Below, in pieces: positions 48,077 to 61,529 of a DNA stretch of 64,000 bases. The notes under the pieces are model-generated. The model searched no databases, was not told the origin of the DNA, and saw only the letters and a program-made list of their open reading frames with translations. Location: positions 12,648,001-12,712,000 of the forward strand of contig NC_091285.1 in NCBI RefSeq assembly GCF_032444005.1. Direction: 5' to 3'. This stretch comes from Ranitomeya imitator (Eukaryota). A program made the position numbers and the translations under genes. Numbering within the stretch: the first letter of the stretch is position 1; the number at the start of each line of letters is the position of its first letter.

Positions 48077-49311
48077 GCCACCACCACTAGGGGGAGCTCC
48101 CTGTATACAGAGATACATGATAAGATCTTGTCTGCAGCCACCACTAGGGGGAGCTCCCTGTATACAGAGATACATAATAAGATCCTGTCTGCAGCCACCA
48201 CTAGGGGGAGCTCCCTGTATACAGAGATACATGATAAGATCCTGTCTGCAGCCTCCACTAGGGGGAGCTCCCTGTATACAGAGATACATGATAAGATCCA
48301 GTCTGCAGTCACCACTAGGGGGAGCTCCCTGTATACAGAGATACATGATAAGATCCTGTCTGCAGCCTCCACTAGGGGGAGCTCCCTGTATACAGAGATA
48401 CATGATAAGATCCAGTCTGCAGTCACCACTAGGGGGAGCTCCCTGTATACAGAGATACATGATAAGATCCTGTCTGCAGTCACCACTAGGGGGAGCTCCC
48501 TGTATACAGAGATACATGATAAGATCCTGTCTGCAGCCTCCACTAGGGGGAGCTCCCTGTATACAGAGATACATGATAAGATGCTGTCTGCAGTCACCAC
48601 TAGGGGGAGCTCCCTGTATACAGAGATACATGATAAGATCCTGTCTGCAGCCACCACTAGGGGGAGCTCCCTGTACACAGAGATACATGATGAGATCCTG
48701 TCTGCAGTCACCACTAGGGGGAGCTCCCTGTATATAGAGATACATGATAAGATCCTGTCTGCAGTCACCACTAGGGGGAGCTCCCTGTATACAGAGATAC
48801 ATGATAAGATCCTGTCTGCAGTCACCACTAGGGGGAGCTCCCTGTATACAGAGATACATGATAAGATCCTGTCTGCAGCCACCACTAGGGGGAGCTCCCT
48901 GTACACAGAGATACATGATGAGATCCTGTCTGCAGTCACCACTAGGGGGAGCTCCCTGTATATAGAGATACATGATAAGATCCTGTCTGCAGTCACCACT
49001 AGGGGGAGCTCCCTGTATACAGAGATACATGATAAGATCCTGTCTGCAGTCACCACTAGGGGGAGCTCCCTGTATACAGAGATACATGATAAGATCCTGT
49101 CTGCAGCCACCACTAGGGGGAGCTCCCTGTATACAGAGATACATGATAAGATCCTGTCTGCAGCCACCACTAGGGGGAGCTCCCTGTATACAGAGATACA
49201 TGATAAGATCCTGTCTGCAGCCACCACTAGGGGGAGCTCACGGTATACAGAGATACATGATAAGATCCTGTCTGCAGCCACCACTAGAGGGAGCTCCCTG
49301 TATACAGAGAT
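48077..49311 (+). repeat. 57-bp minisatellite array 3 (~21 units) in pkp2 intron 1
   Basis: Same unit and orientation as arrays 1 and 2. Confidence 0.98.
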
Positions 49312-50264
49312 GATAACATAGTATGCAGCTGTGACCACTATTGTTGGTCTCAGGAAGCTAACAGCTTATCATATTGGGGGGTTGGGGGTCGGGGGAAGGG
49401 GGGGGGGGGGGCAAAATAAACCAAAGAGAAGTAATGTTTTAAAATGAATACATTGGCCATATTTCACCATTATATCCATTTCCATTATCCGCTTCCCACC
49501 AGGTTTGTTGACGTCCTGTCCATTAGTGGTGTGACTACTGCAGCCAGTCTTTGTTCTCAGCTGCATCTGATTGAGGCCAGCGATTGTCTGCAGAGGTCAG
49601 GAGACTGTTCGGGGTCTGCCTAATTTCCAATTACCACAATTTCCCGTGGTTCTAGATATAAGAAGTAACTTATTGCCTGAAGAAATCTTTACTCGGTCAC
49701 GAAACGTTTGTGTTGGCACGATGGACTGGAAATTCTCTTCTCGAGAAGGCAGCCTGGGGGATCCCTTACCAGTGACTATAAAAAACAATAAATCTTCTGT
49801 TAGTAATAATAAAACATTATAAAAAAAAAGAAAATTATAGTTCATCAGAAAAGAATCTGCCGCCTCAGTAAATCCGTTTATAGTAAGAGTCGTCAAGTTC
49901 ATTTCTGACACAAAGGAACTTCTGAGGATTCATGTGAAGATGCCGCTGACGTGACCCAGGTTTTCCCAGCAAGAGGTCACTGAAACTCCTTGAAGCGTAA
50001 GATACAGCAATATTTACGTCTGACATCTTGGCCACATGCGATGTGAAGGGTTAGGGAGCAACACATGAACCCATGATGGTGCCGGGATCTGTCCCTCAGG
50101 GTGCAGCCAGCCCAATGACTAAGAACTTTGGATTGTTTGTTCAGAAGGGTTTGGCCCTGAAGGGATTAGAGGGGTCCTTTGTTATTGAGAACTTCTGTTT
50201 TTTGGGCACTTCTGTTTTCTTTTCCACTAATTCAGAAGTGAACATAGATTTTTTTTGTCTATTA

Positions 50265-50754
50265 GGGTACCGTCACACTATACGATTTACCTACGATCAC
50301 GACCAGCGATATGACCTGGCCGCTGTGCTCTGCTTTCACTTTACGGCCGGCAGTCACAGTGCGGGAAGCAGACGGCAAGGGACCTGACGGACACCAGAAT
50401 GTAAGTATGTGCTGTTTGTTTTTTTTTAGTTTAACGCTTGTAACCAGGGTAAACATCGGGTAACTAAGCGCGGTCCTGCGCTTAGTTACCCGATGTTTAC
50501 CCTGGTTACAAGCGAACGCATCGCTGGATCGCATCGCTAGATCGCTAGATCGGTGTCACACACACCGATCTAGCGATGACAGCGGGAGATCCAGCGATGA
50601 AAGAAAGTTCTAAACGATCTGCTACGACGTACGATTCTCAGCAGGATTCCTGATCGCTGCTGCGTGTCAGACACAGCGATATCGTAACGATATCGCTGGA
50701 ACGTCACGAATCGTACCGTCGTAGCGATCGAAATGTTATAGTGTGACGGTACCC
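50265..50754. mobile_element. PIF/Harbinger-type MITE
   Basis: TIR GGGTACCGTCACACTATA / TATAGTGTGACGGTACCC; TTA TSD at 50262-50264 and 50755-50757; long internal palindrome at ~50441-50510. Confidence 0.9.
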
Positions 50755-51974
50755 TTAGACTCTTCTTACCCAAAGGAGGCCAAGACTTTCTTTGTGGACC
50801 TTATCTGGTCCTAGATAAGTTCCTGTGGACACATTGTAATCAGAACTATATGTTTAATGTACCCTTTCTCTTCTGAAGGCCACCAGGCCAAATATGTGCA
50901 CTGGTAAAAACAAAAAAGTGGAGTGGAGATCAGTCTGCATTAGATAGTTGATCGTCTGACATCTATGTCTTCGGACAACCCAATACACAGGAATCCTTGG
51001 CTCCTCTTCTGTGTTCTTCAAGAGAGCATTGCTGCCAGGTTCCTCAGGTGGTGGGTTATCTCCCGGAGAAGAGTACCATTGGCCATCAAAAATTCTACAA
51101 GCCTTACACTTCTGGTCTGAAGAGTCGGGAGGACCCTAAACATATCAAATTTTCAGCAGATTTAGGTAATGCTGACAGTTTTGGCTGACTTTGATCTAAG
51201 GTGTAGGAGGGTCTTAAGGTGTCCAAAATTACGGATGCTCTTCCCCTTTTATGGACTGAAGGCCGGTAGGCAAGACAGCTGATATGATAATTACAAAAAA
51301 GGTGGCATGGAAAAAACTTGTAAACCGGTAAATGTCCTGAAGGCTATAATGAAACTTACAGAGGTGTCATCAAAGTCTTTTAACGAGGGTCAATAATTAG
51401 TCAAACTCACTTTCCCAAGCATTGGGCAGTGTAAAAATGGCAGGAATCAGTCGAACAGCAAGCACACCTTGTTCCTCAACTAATGTGGCCCGAAAAATAA
51501 TGTTGCTTGCATAAACGGGTGGTGTGCTGCCAACAGTACATGAACTTATTGGGAATGGACTCGCTGGTACAGTTTGGATCGAACTATGTAGAATGGCATC
51601 TAAAAGAACGCTGATGGACTTGTATCATCTCTGTAGTTGTGATGCAGCGATCGCTAATGGGTTGCGGAATTCTCGCTTGGCAACGGGATAAATGCACACA
51701 GGAACACTTTTTGCTCATAAAACAGTCTATCTGGTTTATTCAGGTATCATAAACCGCAACCACGAACAGTTCATTGCATCACTTCATATATGGCTTCATC
51801 TCACAGACACTAAACATGCCGGACTTCTCACTTCGTCCAGTTATCATGGGTGACCATACCATTATATCCTGCGGAGAAGCAGCCTTACAGGGATCACCAA
51901 CTTGCCTGACAGACACATACCAGTCGGTTCCAGACTGTAGCTTCCCCAACACAGTAGCCATCACCTGCTCTGCA

Positions 51975-52185
51975 GGACCATGGCCTCACCCTGTGCTCTT
52001 CAGGGATCCGGTCCACACCCAGGACCTCCCAACACAGAGGCCACTCAGGATCACGACCTCACATCGTGCTCTTCAGGTATCCGGTCCACACAAAGGACCT
52101 CCCAACACAGAGGCCACTCAGGGTCACGGCCTCACCAGGTGCTCTTCAAGAATCCAGTCCCCACTCTGGACCTCCCAATACCCAG
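51975..52185. repeat. ~74-bp tandem repeat, ~3 copies
   Basis: GTGCTCTTCAG..ATCCGGTCCACAC...GGACCTCCCAACACAGAGGCCACTCAGG recurring. Confidence 0.7.
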
Positions 52186-53100
52186 GCCTTCCCTCTCACA
52201 GCACCTCACAGCCAAGAACCATTCAGGTCCATACACTCAGAACATGTGACCCACATCCTGGTCACATTACATAGTTGTAACCACTCCCACAGGTGGGAGG
52301 TGTGTATGGTTAGTTCGACCCGCCCAGCTCTGAAATTAACCCTGCAAGCCTCCCTTTAAAACTACACAAATACTTGTGGGACGGCAGGTCCCAGAACAAC
52401 CTTACTTCAGGCTTACAGCACAGTATCTTCCTCAGCGACACATCCCGGCCATTCACAATAATGCCGGACATTGACTCATCACCACAGTTATGCCTGCATC
52501 TGTCATATATTGCTATGGCCCTTGGATAAAGTATCTAGATGCTACATGTCCGGAATCCTGAGCAGTCTGTGAATTGATTTGGGTAGCAAATGTTTTTTGC
52601 TGTAAGAAAAAAAAGTCACATTGATATCCCTGGTGCCCGTTCTGCTTATTAAATACCCCAAAACAACGTCTATGTGTCACGCAGACCAACTGTAGTTGGA
52701 ACATTAAGGCAAGCAAACAAACTCAGAAGCACAGAATAATATTTACCGACCATGTCATGAATCTCCAGACGATGAGCAAACATAAGATTGGTCGAGATAT
52801 TGAAGAAATTGTTAAAGTCAGGACTCGTGACTGAAGAGCTATTAGTAGAACAAGCCTTATCTGGGAGCGCACACATACCCATATAAAGCTCTTCATACAG
52901 ATAATGGGACTATACTTACATCAGCAATGTCCACCGTGACCTTGGTGGGCAATCACAATCAGCTCCTTAACATTTCTCCATCCCCTTTCTCTCATGGCCC
53001 AAGGATGTCACCACCATCCAAAGTTCATTCCCTGACACCAAGGCCATAGAAATTTAAAGAGCACATCCACTTTTAACCATCTCTGTGATGGAATCTGTTA

Positions 53101-53418
53101 GGCTACGTTCAGATTAGCGTTTCCCGACGCTGCGTCGGGAAACGCAGCGGCGACGCACGCGTCATGCGCCCCTATGTTTAACATGGGGGACGCATGCGTT
53201 TTTCTTGTTGCGTTTTCCGACACGTGCGTCGTTTTTGACGCTAGCGTCGGACGCAAGAAAATGCAACAAGTTGCATTTTTCTTGTGTCCGATTTTCGCCA
53301 AAAAACGACGCACGCGTCGCAAAACGCAGCGTTTTTGCGTGCGTTTGCATGCGTTTTTTCGTGCGTCGTGCGTTGCGTCGCCGACGCAGCGGCGCGCAAC
53401 GCTAATCTGAACGTAGCC
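53101..53418. mobile_element. PIF/Harbinger-type MITE (CpG-rich, palindromic)
   Basis: TIR GGCTACGTTCAGATTAGCGTT / AACGCTAATCTGAACGTAGCC; TTA on both sides (53098-53100 and 53419-53421). Confidence 0.9.
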
Positions 53419-54530
53419 TTAGCACCACCATGGGAGAAATTAAGTGTTACGATGAGTCCTCCAGGGCAAATCCATCCTCTCCAAATCAGGGTGTTTGTAC
53501 CTTAATGGATCTTACAGGTTGACAAATCGTGATTGCTAGCAGAGGTTGGACTTGGCCACTGGAGGACAAAGATAGCATTCTGTGAATATTTATTTTGACA
53601 AAACAATTGTAGGACCCATAGGGTAGAACCATAACATACAGGTGGACACCAAGTGCTCAAGCCCCAAAATAATTATTTATACATGGAGTCTGAAATGACT
53701 TTTTCTCAGGTTTAAACGGAAGAACCTGCTCTATCGAAGGCCATTCTGGGGGCATGTTCTGTCTTTGACTTATTTTTCCCCTGTCTACAACCGGTACAAT
53801 CAATAGTCCACCATGTCTAAATCAATATTCAGAAGTTTGTTCACCTTGATAAAGCTAATATTGCCCCCAAACACATCAACTAATGAGACTCAAGGACTCC
53901 CTTTCACTTAGTTCAGATAGAAAAGACCAGTGGTGGTGGACCCCCATGGAAGGTCCAAACGTTGGTGAAAATTTCCTGATGTGATTTTATTCAAACTCAA
54001 CCGTGGATAAGAAAATCTCGGGTTTTATTTTATTATTGTGTTTTGAATTAGTCATGATTGCTCAAAACTCGAAAAAAAAACTCAACTTCCTTTTCTAATT
54101 TGCGCCCTTTAGGTTTTTTTAGGTGTCATGAAATTTACGCGATAGATTTATAGCTCCATTATGTCAGTGAAATAATGATTAATGAAACTGAAGAAAACTG
54201 GTTTGTCCGTGAAAAATTATTTGTGGTATGAGATCTGGCGAGGAATATAAAGGCCCACGAGGACTTGTAATGTAATCTGAAAGTGGCAATACTACTTAGG
54301 TCTCTGTTGGCTTGAAGCCTTATTTGCCCGTAGCTATTCCTCTCGGCCATGCGATACACATGGTCGGCAAAAATTCAAAGTCCTCTTTGATATTTCCACC
54401 TACAATAGCTTACATGGTCTCAAAACATGGCTGGCATAGGAAGTAAAAAAAAAAAAGAGTAGGCAATAAATATAACCATAAGCCAAACCTTTTTAATTAT
54501 CTTTCTTGGTCAGATTGGAGATTAAGGGTC

Positions 54531-54840
54531 AACCATGGTCTGGAAAGATACATATTTTGTAGGGTCGGAGATCTTAAGGACCATGGTTAATCGACCATGG
54601 TCTGGAAAGATACATATTTTGTAGGGTCGGAGATCTTAAGGACCATGGTTAATCAACCATGGTCTGGAAAGATACATATTTTGTAGGGTCGGAGATCTTA
54701 AGGACCATGGTTAATCAACCATGGTCTGGAAAGATACATATTTTGTAGGGTTGGAGCTCTTAAGGACCATGGTTAATCAACCATGGTCTGGAAAGATACC
54801 TTTTTTTTGTAGGGTCGGAGATCTTAAGGACCATGGTTAA
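54531..54840. repeat. 62-bp tandem repeat, 5 copies
   Basis: AACCATGGTCTGGAAAGATACATATTTTGTAGGGTCGGAGATCTTAAGGACCATGGTTAATC; copies start at 54531, 54593, 54655 and onward. Confidence 0.93.
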
Positions 54841-56664
54841 CTCTCACTCTTGGATTGACCATTTGGCAATAAAGGAAGGAGGACATGAGACAATTTGAGA
54901 AGATCTGACTTCACCCGTTACCGTAATGAACTCTCCCTGATTAGGAGGCTGAACTGGAGATCACTTCTATGATGTGAGAATTTCTCAATCATTTTTATAG
55001 ATCTGACAAACCCATTTTCTTTGGAAAATTTGAAGAAAAAAAAAAGCTAGCTATTGATTTACTTATCACTATACGGTTCAGTTTATTGTGATGTGATTAT
55101 GCTTCGAAGATCTATAGAAAATCACAGTTTTATTGTTTAATAGGCTTGGGCCGTATTTATATTGACCAATAATCCGGAGTAAGAGTTCCTAGGAAAACTA
55201 ACATAATTCGAGTGACAGGTTCTGTTGACATGTCTGGATATGACCACAGATCGGCCATATTTCTGTGTTAGGGTCCGCTACGTCTCTGCTGGCATCTGTT
55301 TCTGAGGCTTTAGTCAGCATGCCAGGCTATCTGTTCTTGTAAAATGTTAGAAGACTCAGGCGAAGCCCATTAAAGTTAGTGAGATCCATTGGGCGTCATT
55401 GGTTTACAACATGTCAAGTAACCGACACTCCTGTTAAGTTTGTCGTTGTGCTCCTTTGATAGAAGAAGACTATGGATTTAAAAACATTTATGTGAGCAGA
55501 ACCTAAAGGCCTCCATGGAAGGTCCAAACGTTGTTGGCGAAAATTTCCTGATGAGGTTTTATTCCAACTCAACGGTGGATAGGAAAATCTCAGGTTTTAT
55601 TTTATTAGATACTAGCCACAGGAACCTGTCGATTATGGTGGGACTGGCCAACCAACTGGTGTTTAGGGGTTCAGCCATGCTCTACTCCAATGTCTGGGAA
55701 GACCAATGTCTGGTTCCTTTAGTTTTCATGCCAAAGTGATCTGGAAATTGCTGTCTACCTTCGGCCCAACGACATCACATTGACACTCGGCTGAGCCGGG
55801 GTCAAAAACTTTGATACAAGTGTATGGGGACCCATAAAAAAAAAAAATTACAAAAATAATGAATAAAAATTCCCTTTTTTACAAAATGTAAATGAAATAA
55901 AGACATAACACATTTGGTATCGTAAATAATAAAATATAATATTTTTCTCATATGGTGAGAAGTGACAGGGAAAAAAAATAGAAATAAATAAAAAAAAAAC
56001 AAAAAATAAAATAAGCCCTGACACAGTTTTCTCGAGAGAAAAATGAAAAAATTTCGACCTCTTGGAAAGTATAGAGGGGAAAAAATAATGTTAAAGAAGG
56101 GTAAAATGGCATAAACCAGAGCCTGTTCTGACGTCTAGAATATTACTGTGATGTTTTGTTTTATTTCCTATTTTGATAAGAATTTCCATGGAAAAGTAAT
56201 AATTCTTTTCCATATTAATGATATTAATTATCTGGAATACATTATATTATATCACAATAACCTTATATAATCGCCGAGGGCCAAGTTCATCGGAAATCCT
56301 CGAGCCCGACAGCTGAATGATGAATTGATGATAAAGATTAGATGTGTGGAGGAACCGGCTGCCTGTGATACACGTCCTTTATATTTCTGTCTGATAGGAA
56401 ATCCATCTACAAATATCATCTATTATACTTATATAAACTTCACCCGATCCCTCGCTGCGATAATCACGTTTCACTGAATCATAAGCCGAACTCTGCTGCA
56501 TCGGGCTCGGCTCTGCTGCGGTTAGTGAAAGTTTTTTTCTTTGAGGAAATTGTGCGTGGGCGACCGAGACCTGAAAATGATTTAAAGGCAACTGCAGTCA
56601 AAGAGATTGTTTAAAGGAACGTTCAGACTTTACAAAATATTCAAATATTATATAAGAAAATAAA

Positions 56665-57790
56665 TACTATAATACTGCTCCTATGTACAAGAATATAACT
56701 ACTATAATACTGCCCCCTATGTACAAGAATATAACTACTATAATACTGCTCCTATGTACAAGAATATAACTACTATAATACTGCCCCCTATGTACAAGAA
56801 TATAACTACTATAATACTGCCCCTATGTACAAGAATATAACTACTATAATACTGCCCCTATGTACAAGAATATAACTACCGTACTATAATACTGACCCTA
56901 TGTACAAGAATATAACTACTATAATACTGACCCTATGTACAAGAATATAACTACTATAATACTGGTCCTATGTACAAGAATATAACTACTATAATACTGC
57001 CCCTATGTACAAGAATATAACTACTATAATACTGCTCCTATGTACAAGAATATAACTACTATAATACTGCCCCCTATGTACAAGAATATAACTACTATAA
57101 TACTGCTCCTATGTACAAGAATATAACTACTATAATACTGCCCCCTATGTACAAGAATATAACTACTATAATACTGCTCCTATGTACAAGAATATAACTA
57201 CTATAATACTGCCCCCTATGTACAAGAATATAACTACTATAATACTGCTCCTATGTACAAGAATATAACTACTATAATACTGCCCCCTATGTACAAGAAT
57301 ATAACTACTATAATACTGCCCCCTATGTACAAGAATATAACTACTATAATACTGCCTCTATGTACAAGAATATAACTACTATAATACTGCCGCTATGTAC
57401 AAGAATATAACTACTATAATACTGCTCCTATGTACAAGAATATAATGACTATAATACTGCCCCTATGTACAAGAATATAACTACTATAATACTGCTCCTA
57501 TGTACAAGAATATAACTACTATAATACTGCCCCTATGTACAAGAATATAACTACTATAATACTGCTCCTATGTACAAGAATATAACTACTATAATACTGC
57601 CCCTATGTACAAGAATATAACTACTATAATACTGCTCCTATGTACTGGAATATAACTACTATAATACTGCCCCTATGTACAAGAATATAACTACTATAAT
57701 ACTGCTCCTATGTACAAGAATATAACTACTATAATACTGCTCCTATGTACAAGAATATAACTACTATAATACTGCCCCTGTGTACAGGAA
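56665..57790. repeat. 35-36-bp minisatellite (~32 copies)
   Basis: TACTATAATACTGC(C/T)CC(C)TATGTACAAGAATATAAC. Confidence 0.97.
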
Positions 57791-58356
57791 CATCTGATGC
57801 AGTATAGTGAAACGCTCCTGCATTCTGCTGTCTCCGTAGATAAACTTTGTCATCTCAGTAAATATGTTCTCAAGGTTTCATTTAAACATTGCAGATCTCT
57901 AAAAATGTGAGTAATGTTGCAGTGCCGGGTTTCTGTGTAAAATGCTGTGTTCACCTGTTCGTTGCTCGAGGTGGCGGTAGCTTTGCTGTCTATGGGATCT
58001 AGCTGTATATATGACATTTTGCAGTATATCATATTACTTCATGGCCTATGTTACCGCGCAGTAATTACCTGTGTCTCCAGTGCAGATTCGGCTCCTCATC
58101 TACTAATCTTCTAGGAGGGGGAAGAATTTTAGGATTAAATGATCACAATAGACAGTAAAAACAGTTTGTGTCTCATGGTAACTAAACATTATACTCAACA
58201 GTAAGACACAATCTCCCCAAGAGCAGATTTATTTACAAGATGGAATGATGCAAATTAAATCTGATAAAAGTAGGAAAAGTGAAGATGCAAAAGGAGCTGA
58301 GTGCCCGACAAGAGACAAATTACGTTTGCTAGATAACAAAGTCACAATATTTTCAA

Positions 58357-60290
58357 AATGTGGGGTGTTCCCTGTATACGGTGGGTCTTCTGGGGTGTTC
58401 CCGGCATTCAGCAGGTCTTGCAGGGTGTTCCCCGTATACGTCAGGTCTTGTGGGATGTTCCCTATATACGCTGGGTCTTGTCAGGTGTTCCCGGCATACA
58501 GCAGGTCTTGCAGGGTGTTCCCGGTATACGGCAGGTCTTGTGGGGTGTTCCCTGTATACGGTGGGTCTTCTGGGGTGTTCCCGGCATACAGCAGGTCTTG
58601 TGGGGTGTTCTCGATATACGGCGGGTCTTGTGGGGTGTTCCCGGTATACGGCAGGTCTTGTGGGGTCTTCCCGGTATAAGGTGGGTCTTGTGCAGTGTTC
58701 CCGGTATACGGCAAGTCTTGTGGGGTGTTCCCGGTACATGGCATGTCTTTTGGGGTGTTCCCGGTATACAGCAGGTCTTGCAGGGTGTTCCCGGTATACA
58801 GCAAGTCTTGCAGGGTGTTCCCGATATACAGCGGGTCTTGTGGGGTGTTCCCGATATACGGCGGGTCTTGTGGGGTGTTCCTGGTATGCAGCAGGTCTTG
58901 TGGGGTGTTCCCGGTATACGTCAGGTCTTGTGGGGTGTTCCCAGTATACAACAGGTCTTGCAGGGTGTTCCTGATATACGGCAGGTCTTGTGGGGTGTTC
59001 CTGGTACACGGCAGGTCTTGTGGGGTGTTCCTGGTATACGGCAGGTCTTGTGGGGGTGTTCCCAGTATACAACAGGTCTTGCAGGGTGTTCCTGATATAC
59101 GGCGGGTCTTGTGGGGTGTTCCCATTATACGGCGGGTCTTGTGGCGTGTTCCCGGTATACAGCGGGTCTTGTGTGGTGTTCCCAGTATACAACAGGTCTT
59201 GCAGGGTGTTCCTGATATACGGCGGGTCTTGTGGGGTGTTCCCGTTATACGGCAGGTCTGGTGGCGTGTTCCCGGTATATGGCAGGTGTTGTGGGGTGTT
59301 CCTGGTATATGGCAGGTTTTTTGGGATGTTCCCAGTATATGGCAGGTCTTGTGGGGTGTTCCCAGTATATAGCAGGTCTTTCGGGGTGTTCCAGTATATG
59401 GCAGGTCTTGTGGGATGTTCCCGGTATTCAGCAGGTCTTGTGGGGTGTTCCCAGTAAACATCAGGTCTTGGGTGTTTTTCCTGGCATACTGCAGGTGTTG
59501 TTTTTTTCTTCCTGGTATACAGCAGATCTTGTGGGATGTTTATGGTATCCAGCAAATCTTGTGGGGTGTTCCTGGTATAAGGCAGGTTTATATGGCAGGT
59601 CTTGTAGGGTGTTCCCGGTATACAGCAGATCTTGTGGCGTGTTCCCAGTATGCTTCGGGTCTTCCAGAGTGTTCCCCAGGATACTGCAGGTCTTCTGGGG
59701 TGTTCTCTGAGTACCGCAAGTCTTGTAGGGTGTTCCTGGTATATCAAAGGTCTTTTGGGATGTTCCCAGAATGGTGTTCCCGATATTCAACATCTCTTTT
59801 GGGGTAGTTCTGTTAAATCACAAGTCTTGTAGGGTTTTCCCAGTATATGTCAAGTCTTGTGGGGTATTTCTTATATATTGCAGGTCTTGTGAGGTGTTCC
59901 CAGTATATGACTGGTCCTTGTGAGGTGTTTCCAGTCTATGGAGAGTCTTGTAGGGTTTTCCCAGTATATGACAGGTCTTGTGGAGTATTTCTTATATATT
60001 GCAGGTCTTGTGGGGTGTTCCCAGTAAATGACAGGACCTTTATGAGGTGTTTCCAGTCTATGGAGAGTCTTGTGTGGTGTTCTCGGTATATGGCGAGTCT
60101 TGTGGGGTGTTCCCAGTAAATGACAGGTCCTTTATGAGGTTTTTCCAGTCTATGGAGAGTCTTGTGTGGTGTTCTCGGTGAATGGCCGGTTTTGTGAGGT
60201 GTTCCCAGTATACAACAGGTCCTTGTGAGGTGTTTCCTAGTCTATGTAGAGTCTGGTATGGTGTTCCCGGTATATGGCGGGTCTTGTGGG
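58357..60290. repeat. 30-bp minisatellite, decaying rightwards
   Basis: GGTCTTGTGGGGTGTTCCCGGTATACGGCA; generates the YREHPTRPAV and TGNTPQDLPY pseudo-ORFs. Confidence 0.93.
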
Positions 60291-60784
60291 GCCTTGATTA
60301 CTTGTCTGCAAGTTCCACACGACTTCTGAAATCTTGTGGACTCTATTTCTTGAGGGGTCAGAGCTATTTTGCTTGCACTCGGAGGTCCACCATAATAACG
60401 TGTATGGACATTTTGTATCAGGAATTGCTGTCTACGCCATTCTTCCATATATCACGGCAGGTTGACTTCTCTCAATCAGGACGCTGGTTATGTACACAGG
60501 ACGAAGATTCTGCCAGAATGTGTGAAATGTCTCCTGTTTACCTCCTGACTGTATAAATACACGTCGGCACAAACCTTCGTAGATAACAATCACGGTACTA
60601 CGCCCTCATGTGACTTTGTTCCATTTCTGTGTGTTTTTTCTATTTGAGTCACGTGCTTCTTCAAGGGTCGTGTCCATCAGAACCGACCATTTTGGCACCA
60701 AAAGTCTTAACAATTTATCATCTCGTTGACGTTGGGAGGATTTTATGGAATAAAATATATCTATTTTTTTATTTTATTTTTCAG

Positions 60785-60891
60785 GATCAATTTACAGCAG
60801 CGTCAGCAACCCAGATCAGGTGTTTTACAGCACGATCCAGAGACCACAGAGAGAGGCCGTGAAATCTCCGACCAAGTATGATAGTATGAAG
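60785..60891 (+). CDS. pkp2: Plakophilin-2 exon 2
   Basis: Long T tract plus CAG acceptor; (G)SIYSSVSNPDQVFYSTIQRPQREAVKSPTKYDSMK; phase 1 in, phase 0 out, GTAAGG donor; end resembles PKP2 SPVPKTYDMLK. Not in the ORF track in this frame. Confidence 0.8.
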
Positions 60892-61529
60892 GTAAGGGAA
60901 CGGCAGAGACGAAGAGCAACGTGGCTCCATGACTAATCAAATCTGTTCTTTCACTTCGGAGACAAGAATTAGAAAAGACCATTTTCTCGTCTTCCAAAAT
61001 GTGGAAAAGGTGACTTAATATGTTATTTCTAGGCTGAGATTCATCACATGAGGTTCCAGGCCTGAAGCCTGAGGCTGCACTAGTGAGAGTCTGTTGTCAT
61101 GGAAACAAGAGGATAGAAAACACCAAATACAATCGTGTTGTCTCATGTCTAGATGTAGATATCAATGTAGATGGTGATTGACATCTGCATCATCCTCCAC
61201 CTTGGAGAATTCTGTTTTCAAACCTAAGTGGAGGGCACATTCGCTGACTGAAACCTGAGCCGATCCCCAGACAATGCTCTCGCTCTTCAGTCCCTTATTC
61301 AGTGGCCCCTGAAGAAAGCATGGACTCAGACACACCTATAGCCATTGTATGCTTACATAAGGGGAGACAGGAGCCGAGACGTCTCAGCCCGAATCTCTCC
61401 ATCATGGAGAAGAGGAGCAATCACACGAGGATATCACTAAAATACCTGCAATGATGTCCGTCTGTACCCTAAGTGTCAATCATCTAAGTGTCAGTGTCAT
61501 CATCCTGCACCCTAAGTGTCAGTTCCATC

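Noticed and set aside
49376-49412. G-rich run with G-quadruplex potential beside array 3
   Set aside because: Simple low-complexity tract with no further support for function.
51635-52420. Possible solo LTR
   Set aside because: TG...CA ends can be chosen, but no TSD or partner LTR could be verified.
55548-55595. CTGATGAG...GAAA as a fourth hammerhead
   Set aside because: No credible stem II closure or stem III/NUH arrangement; the segment folds instead as a simple hairpin.
1147-60290. Many repeat periods are multiples of three (21/42, 54, 57, 30, 147)
   Set aside because: Others are not (35-36, 62, ~26, ~34, ~74). The sample is too small, and the ORF track biases attention towards in-frame repeats.
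58245-60556. Repetitive ORFs (YREHPTRPAV, TGNTPQDLPY, GVFPVYGRSC)
   Set aside because: A 30-bp minisatellite in pkp2 intron 1; open in most frames, with no splice or domain support.
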